Positions 59,717 through 64,000 of a stretch of 64,000 bases of DNA are shown piece after piece. Numbering within the stretch: the first letter of the stretch is position 1; each line of letters starts with the position of its first letter. Made by a program: the position numbers and the translations under genes. Below the pieces are notes generated by a model, which did not search any database, had not been told where the DNA came from, and saw only the letters and a list, made by a program, of their open reading frames with translations. The stretch comes from Deferribacterales bacterium. GTDB taxonomy: Bacteria > Chrysiogenota > Deferribacteres > Deferribacterales > Geovibrionaceae. The DNA lies in contig JBFWJS010000006.1 of assembly GCA_050253075.1 (NCBI GenBank), forward strand, positions 1 through 64,000. The letters run 5' to 3'.

Positions 59717-60151
59717 TTATACGCCTGTGTGCCCGAAACCGCCTGCGCCTCTGTCTGTATCAGAGAGGTCTTCGACAGCTTCAAACTTTGCCTGAACCAC
59801 GGGAGCGATGACCATCTGTGCGATGCGGTCGCCCTTTTCGTATGTGAATGTAACGTTGCTGTGGTTGATGAGTATCACGCCTATTTCACCGCGATAGTCT
59901 GCGTCTATTGTGCCCGGTGTATTGAGAACCGTTACGCCCTGCTTCAGCGCAAGTCCGCTTCTGGGGCGCACCTGAGCCTCATATCCTTCGGGCAGTTCTA
60001 TTGATATCCCTGTTTTTACGAGGGCATATTTACCTGATTCTATCTCGCCTGAATGGGATGCCATGAGGTCGACACCTGCTGCGAGTGATGATTTATATTC
60101 TGGTATTAATGATTTATCTTCTGCTTTGATCTTTACGGTAGTAGTCTGCAC
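59717..60151 (-). CDS. dut: dUTPase
   Basis: [33 protein letters not shown]. Confidence 0.96.
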   Translation of the reverse strand: MQTTTVKIKAEDKSLIPEYKSSLAAGVDLMASHSGEIESGKYALVKTGISIELPEGYEAQVRPRSGLALKQGVTVLNTPGTIDADYRGEIGVILINHSNVTFTYEKGDRIAQMVIAPVVQAKFEAVEDLSDTDRGAGGFGHTGV

Positions 60152-61344
60152 AGGCTGTACTCCTTAGTGAATAAATCTTCTGCTATTAAGTTTACACTCT
60201 TAATACTTAAGGAGTCAACCAGTCCCAATATAAAATTTCCGTCAAGGAGTTGTCCATAGTGGAACAAGTGGCGGTAGTTCATCTGGACACGGCTGTCCAG
60301 CGATTCAAAATTTGCGTAATAAGAGAATTTAAGCTGATTCTTTATCATCACCAGCTCATCCTCCGTTATTCCTTTTTTCAGCAGCTTATCTATCTCTTTC
60401 TGAGTCAGCTTTATCACTTTATCGCTGTTTTCCGCAGCGCATGAATACATTATGTCGAGGTATCCGCCTGTGCTGTAAAGCACCGTCTCGCACTCGATGT
60501 TATAACACAGCCCGTGCTTCTCCCGCACCACCTGAAAAAGCCGTGAGCTCATAAGCCCGCCGAGTATCATGCCGAGACCGCCGAGGGCAAAACGCCTGTC
60601 GTCGCTGTATTTATATGCAGGATACATGAGCTGTGCATACACCTGCCCTGATTTGAACTGCTGTTCGTGGGTGAAAGTGTTGTAAACCACAGGCTCGGTG
60701 ATGATGTCATTAGCCCCTTTCGCAGAGGGAACGTTGTCGCTGATCAGCTTCATTGTCTCTTCGGATTCCACATCACCGCATACCGCTATGACACAGTTAT
60801 CCGCTGTATAATGCTCTGAGTAGTATTTCTGCAGCTTCTCAAGGGTTATTTCATTCACTGTCTCTTTTGTACCTGAGACGGGATTCTGAAGGCTGCACCC
60901 TTTGAAGAAGTGCTCCTCTGCCATCTCGCCGAGGTATTCCTCTGGGTTGTCCAGTGTGGAGTTTATCTCGTCTATGATTATCCGCTTTTCCTGCTCGAGG
61001 TCTTCCTCGGTGAATTCAGGATAGAAACAGATGTTCGCCATCAGTTTTATAAACAGCGCAAGGTTCTCTTTGAAGCCCTTTATATAGAAAGCCGTGACCT
61101 CTTTCGATGTGAATGCGTTCAGGTATCCGCCGTACATCTCGGACAGTCTGCTGATGTCCTCAGAGCTGTAGTCACGGGTTTTGCGGAAGACCATATGCTC
61201 GATAAGATGTGAAATGCCGTTAAGCTCGTTCGGCTCCTGCATAGAGCCCCTTTTGAAAAATACAAAGATGGTGAAAAGCCCCGATGTATCGGCGACCTTT
61301 TCGTATATTACAGGGATGTTATTTATATTTAAAACTGTTCGCAT
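60133..61344 (-). CDS. M16 family zinc peptidase
   Basis: HLIEHMVF (HxxEH), NAFTSKE, SSRLFQ.VRE..GLCY; start MRTV after GAGGA. Confidence 0.9.
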   Translation of the reverse strand: MRTVLNINNIPVIYEKVADTSGLFTIFVFFKRGSMQEPNELNGISHLIEHMVFRKTRDYSSEDISRLSEMYGGYLNAFTSKEVTAFYIKGFKENLALFIKLMANICFYPEFTEEDLEQEKRIIIDEINSTLDNPEEYLGEMAEEHFFKGCSLQNPVSGTKETVNEITLEKLQKYYSEHYTADNCVIAVCGDVESEETMKLISDNVPSAKGANDIITEPVVYNTFTHEQQFKSGQVYAQLMYPAYKYSDDRRFALGGLGMILGGLMSSRLFQVVREKHGLCYNIECETVLYSTGGYLDIMYSCAAENSDKVIKLTQKEIDKLLKKGITEDELVMIKNQLKFSYYANFESLDSRVQMNYRHLFHYGQLLDGNFILGLVDSLSIKSVNLIAEDLFTKEYSLCRLLP

Positions 61345-61360
61345 GCACAAAAATCCTCTT

Positions 61361-61448
61361 GTCACTCTGAGGCTTTTTTAAAAGCCGTGGGAGTCTCAGA
61401 CCTTCGCCCGAGATGCTCACGTCAGAGTAAGCTCTTCCTCAGCATGAC
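61361..61448. repeat. Short REPIN-like element
   Basis: GTCACTCTGAGG...GAGTCT and AGATGCTCACGTC...CCTCAGCATGAC, the same termini as 2071-2202. Confidence 0.75.
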
Positions 61449-61500
61449 ATTTGTCATTTTGGGAGTTTGCATACTACAGCCAATAGATTCTATGGTCAAT

Positions 61501-61531
61501 GAAATAAAAAAGGGGCTCAGATGAGCCCCTT
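61501..61531 (-). terminator. Intrinsic terminator after pnp
   Basis: AGGGGCTCA/TGAGCCCCT stem with an A-run on the plus strand. Confidence 0.8.
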
Positions 61532-61537
61532 GATATG

Positions 61538-63676
61538 TTATTCGCCTTGCTCGGCGTCTTCTTCTTTCTTAGGTTTTTCGAGGAGAACCTTTCTGGAAAG
61601 TTTGAATCTTCCGTTAGGGTCTTTACCAACGACTTTAACCTGAACTTTATCACCGATTTCGAGGAAATCAGCGATAGAGTTGATGCGCTCGTGGCTGTAC
61701 TGGGAAACGTGAAGGAGTGCTTCATGCCCTGGGATAAGCTCAACGAATGCGCCGTATTCCATCATCTTCTTAACAGTAGCGTCATAGACTTTACCGTCTT
61801 CGACTTCTGCTACGATCTCGTTAACTCTGCCGACAGCTATATCTATAGCGGCTTTATCAGCGGCGAAGATGTTCACTGTACCTGTATCGTCGATGTCGAT
61901 AGCAGCACCGGATTCTTCGATGATAGATTTGATCATCTTACCTCCAGGCCCGATAACCATACCGATCTTCTCTGGGTTGATCTTAAGTGTAACGTATCTA
62001 GGCGCTGTAGGAGCAAGCTCTTCATTAGGAGCAGGAAGGTGATCTGTCATCTTGCCGAGGATGTAAAGACGTGATTCTTTAGCCTGGCCGAGAGCCGCCT
62101 CAAGGAGCTCTTTTGAAAGACCTTCGATCTTGATGTCCATCTGAAGTGCTGTGATACCGTCTTTAGTACCTGTTACTTTGAAGTCCATATCGCCGAGGTG
62201 GTCTTCTGTTCCGAGGATATCGGAAAGAACTGCATATCTGTCTGCACCTTCGTAGATGAGACCCATAGCAACACCTGCAACAGGAGCTTTAATTGGTACA
62301 CCGGCATCCATCATCGCAAGACATCCGCCGCATACAGTAGCCATAGAGGAAGAACCGTTAGACTCGAGGATCTCGGAAACGATTCTGATTGTATACGGGA
62401 AGTCCTCCTCAGCAGGAAGTACCTGTGCAAGAGCACGCTCAGCAAGCGCACCGTGACCGATCTCACGACGTCCCGGTCCTCTGAGGAAACCAACCTCGCC
62501 CACACAGAATGGAGGGAAGTTGTAGTGAAGCATAAAACGCTTCTTGCCGTCGCCGTAGATAGTGTCGAGTATCTGTGTATCAGTCTTAGTACCGAGAGTA
62601 GCTGTCACGATACCCTGTGTCTCTCCACGTGTGAAGAGGGATGAACCGTGAGCCATAGGCAGAAGCCTTGTCTCGATATCGATATCACGGATGTCTGTGT
62701 ATGAACGTCCGTCGATACGTGTTTTGCTGTCTATTGTGAAATCTCTGAAGACCTGCTTCTCAACTTCGTGGTAAACATCTTTGTAAAGAGATTCGTCGAA
62801 GTTTTCCTCGCCGAGTTTCTCTTTCATAGTTTCGATAAATTCCTCGCCTATCTTGTCAAGTGCTTCGTACTTTTCAAGTTTAGCAGGGATAACGAGGGCT
62901 TCTTTCAGCTTTTCAGAAAGCATAGCAGTAGCGTCTGCTACGAGTTCTTTAGCTACGGAGAAGCTTGTATACTCGAATTTATCTTTACCGAGTTTTTCAA
63001 CCATCTCTTTCTGCTTGGCGATGAGCTTTTTGATGTTCTCATGACCGAACTGAAGAGCTTCGATGACCTCAGCCTCAGGGACATTGTCCATTCCGGCCTC
63101 AACCATAACGATAGCATCTTCTGTACCGCAGAGGATGATGTTCATATCCAGTTCATCAGTCTTGTCAGCCGGAGGGTTTGCGATAAGCTCGCCATTGAGG
63201 CGGCCGACACGAACACCTGCGACAGGTCCGTTGAACGGGATATCGGATATCATAAGTGCAGCGGAAGCACCGTTCATGGCAAGCATGTCCGGTGAGTTAA
63301 CACCGTCGAATGACATAACTGTAGCGATGATCTGAACCTCGTTTCTGAACCCGTCAGGGAACATAGGACGAAGCGGTCTGTCGATAAGACGTGATGTCAG
63401 AGTCTCGTTATCAGTAGGCTTTGCTTCTCTTTTGAAGAAACCGCCGGGGATCTTACCTGCTGCATAAAATTTCTCAACGTAGTTAACAGTGAGTGGGAAG
63501 AATCCCTGATTCTCACTGGCAGTCTTTCTGCCTGTAGCTGTAACGAGTACAACTGTACCACCCTGTTTCATCCAGATGCTGCCGTTGGCCTGCTTGGCCT
63601 TCCAGCCGGTTTCGAAGATCATCTCATCGGAACCTTCCTGCAGAGTGATAGGAAATTCGTAGATATTTTTTTCCAT
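61538..63676 (-). CDS. pnp: Polyribonucleotide nucleotidyltransferase
   Basis: FFPLTV, SRLIDRPLRP, RREIGHG, SNGSSSMA, GDMDFK, KH and S1 domains. Confidence 0.98.
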   Translation of the reverse strand: MEKNIYEFPITLQEGSDEMIFETGWKAKQANGSIWMKQGGTVVLVTATGRKTASENQGFFPLTVNYVEKFYAAGKIPGGFFKREAKPTDNETLTSRLIDRPLRPMFPDGFRNEVQIIATVMSFDGVNSPDMLAMNGASAALMISDIPFNGPVAGVRVGRLNGELIANPPADKTDELDMNIILCGTEDAIVMVEAGMDNVPEAEVIEALQFGHENIKKLIAKQKEMVEKLGKDKFEYTSFSVAKELVADATAMLSEKLKEALVIPAKLEKYEALDKIGEEFIETMKEKLGEENFDESLYKDVYHEVEKQVFRDFTIDSKTRIDGRSYTDIRDIDIETRLLPMAHGSSLFTRGETQGIVTATLGTKTDTQILDTIYGDGKKRFMLHYNFPPFCVGEVGFLRGPGRREIGHGALAERALAQVLPAEEDFPYTIRIVSEILESNGSSSMATVCGGCLAMMDAGVPIKAPVAGVAMGLIYEGADRYAVLSDILGTEDHLGDMDFKVTGTKDGITALQMDIKIEGLSKELLEAALGQAKESRLYILGKMTDHLPAPNEELAPTAPRYVTLKINPEKIGMVIGPGGKMIKSIIEESGAAIDIDDTGTVNIFAADKAAIDIAVGRVNEIVAEVEDGKVYDATVKKMMEYGAFVELIPGHEALLHVSQYSHERINSIADFLEIGDKVQVKVVGKDPNGRFKLSRKVLLEKPKKEEDAEQGE

Positions 63677-63684
63677 CGTTTAAA

Positions 63685-63954
63685 TTACTTCCTTATGCCG
63701 AGTGCATCGATAAGCTTCTTATATCTCATGTAGTCTTTCTTCTTAACGTAATCAAGAAGCTTTCTTCTCTGGCTAACAAGAAGGAGAAGACCACGTCTTG
63801 AGTGGTGATCCTTTGGATTAGCTTTGAAGTGGTCTGTGAGGTAGTTTATTCTCTCGGAAAGAAGTGCAACCTGTACCTCAGGAGAACCTGTATCAGACTC
63901 GTGTGTTTTGTGAGTCGAGATGATCTCCTCTTTGCGTTCTTTTGTCATTACCAT
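63685..63954 (-). CDS. rpsO: 30S ribosomal protein S15
   Basis: [22 protein letters not shown]; upstream of pnp. Confidence 0.98.
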   Translation of the reverse strand: MVMTKERKEEIISTHKTHESDTGSPEVQVALLSERINYLTDHFKANPKDHHSRRGLLLLVSQRRKLLDYVKKKDYMRYKKLIDALGIRK

Positions 63955-64000
63955 GTGTTTCCTCCTGGTATTCTTTAAAATTTATTTTTTTAAGTTGTCG

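Noticed and set aside
2071..61448. GTCA repeats as a CRISPR array or autonomous IS
   Set aside because: Dispersed palindromes, no regular repeat-spacer period, no cas or transposase gene in the window

Overview
A 64-kb piece of core chromosome from an anaerobic diderm bacterium. Gene content and protein style suggest Deferribacterales (Denitrovibrio/Seleniivibrio-like); this is an inference only. About 60 CDS are supported: pyrR-pyrB-pyrC, prfB-alr-mlaEFD-mqnD-ptsP, thyA-folA, dcuSR-like/dcuB, mtaD-purB, lexA-ORF-dinB, ntrYX, trpS-scpAB-rluB-queD, pgeF-yggS-yggT, ispD, glgP, dut, pnp and rpsO. The window appears to contain the replication terminus: a canonical 28-bp dif site at 29892-29919, KOPS octamers pointing at it from both sides, and gene orientation converging on the middle. 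The most interesting unannotated signals are: (i) two copies of a rigidly spaced 63-bp motif bracketing dif and a small AT-rich islet; (ii) a candidate sigma28-driven sRNA with a CU-rich anti-Shine-Dalgarno loop upstream of a hemerythrin chemoreceptor; (iii) a family of GTCA-tagged REP/REPIN repeats; (iv) an envelope-spanning MlaD with a C-terminal beta-barrel-like domain; (v) a LexA-controlled PolY plus small-partner mutagenesis cassette; (vi) a TIGR04282/TIGR04283 transferase cluster with a membrane methyltransferase instead of the usual radical SAM enzyme; (vii) a degenerate HD-GYP-like orphan. No rRNA, tRNA, CRISPR array, transposase or prophage was seen. All calls were made by eye without database searches.
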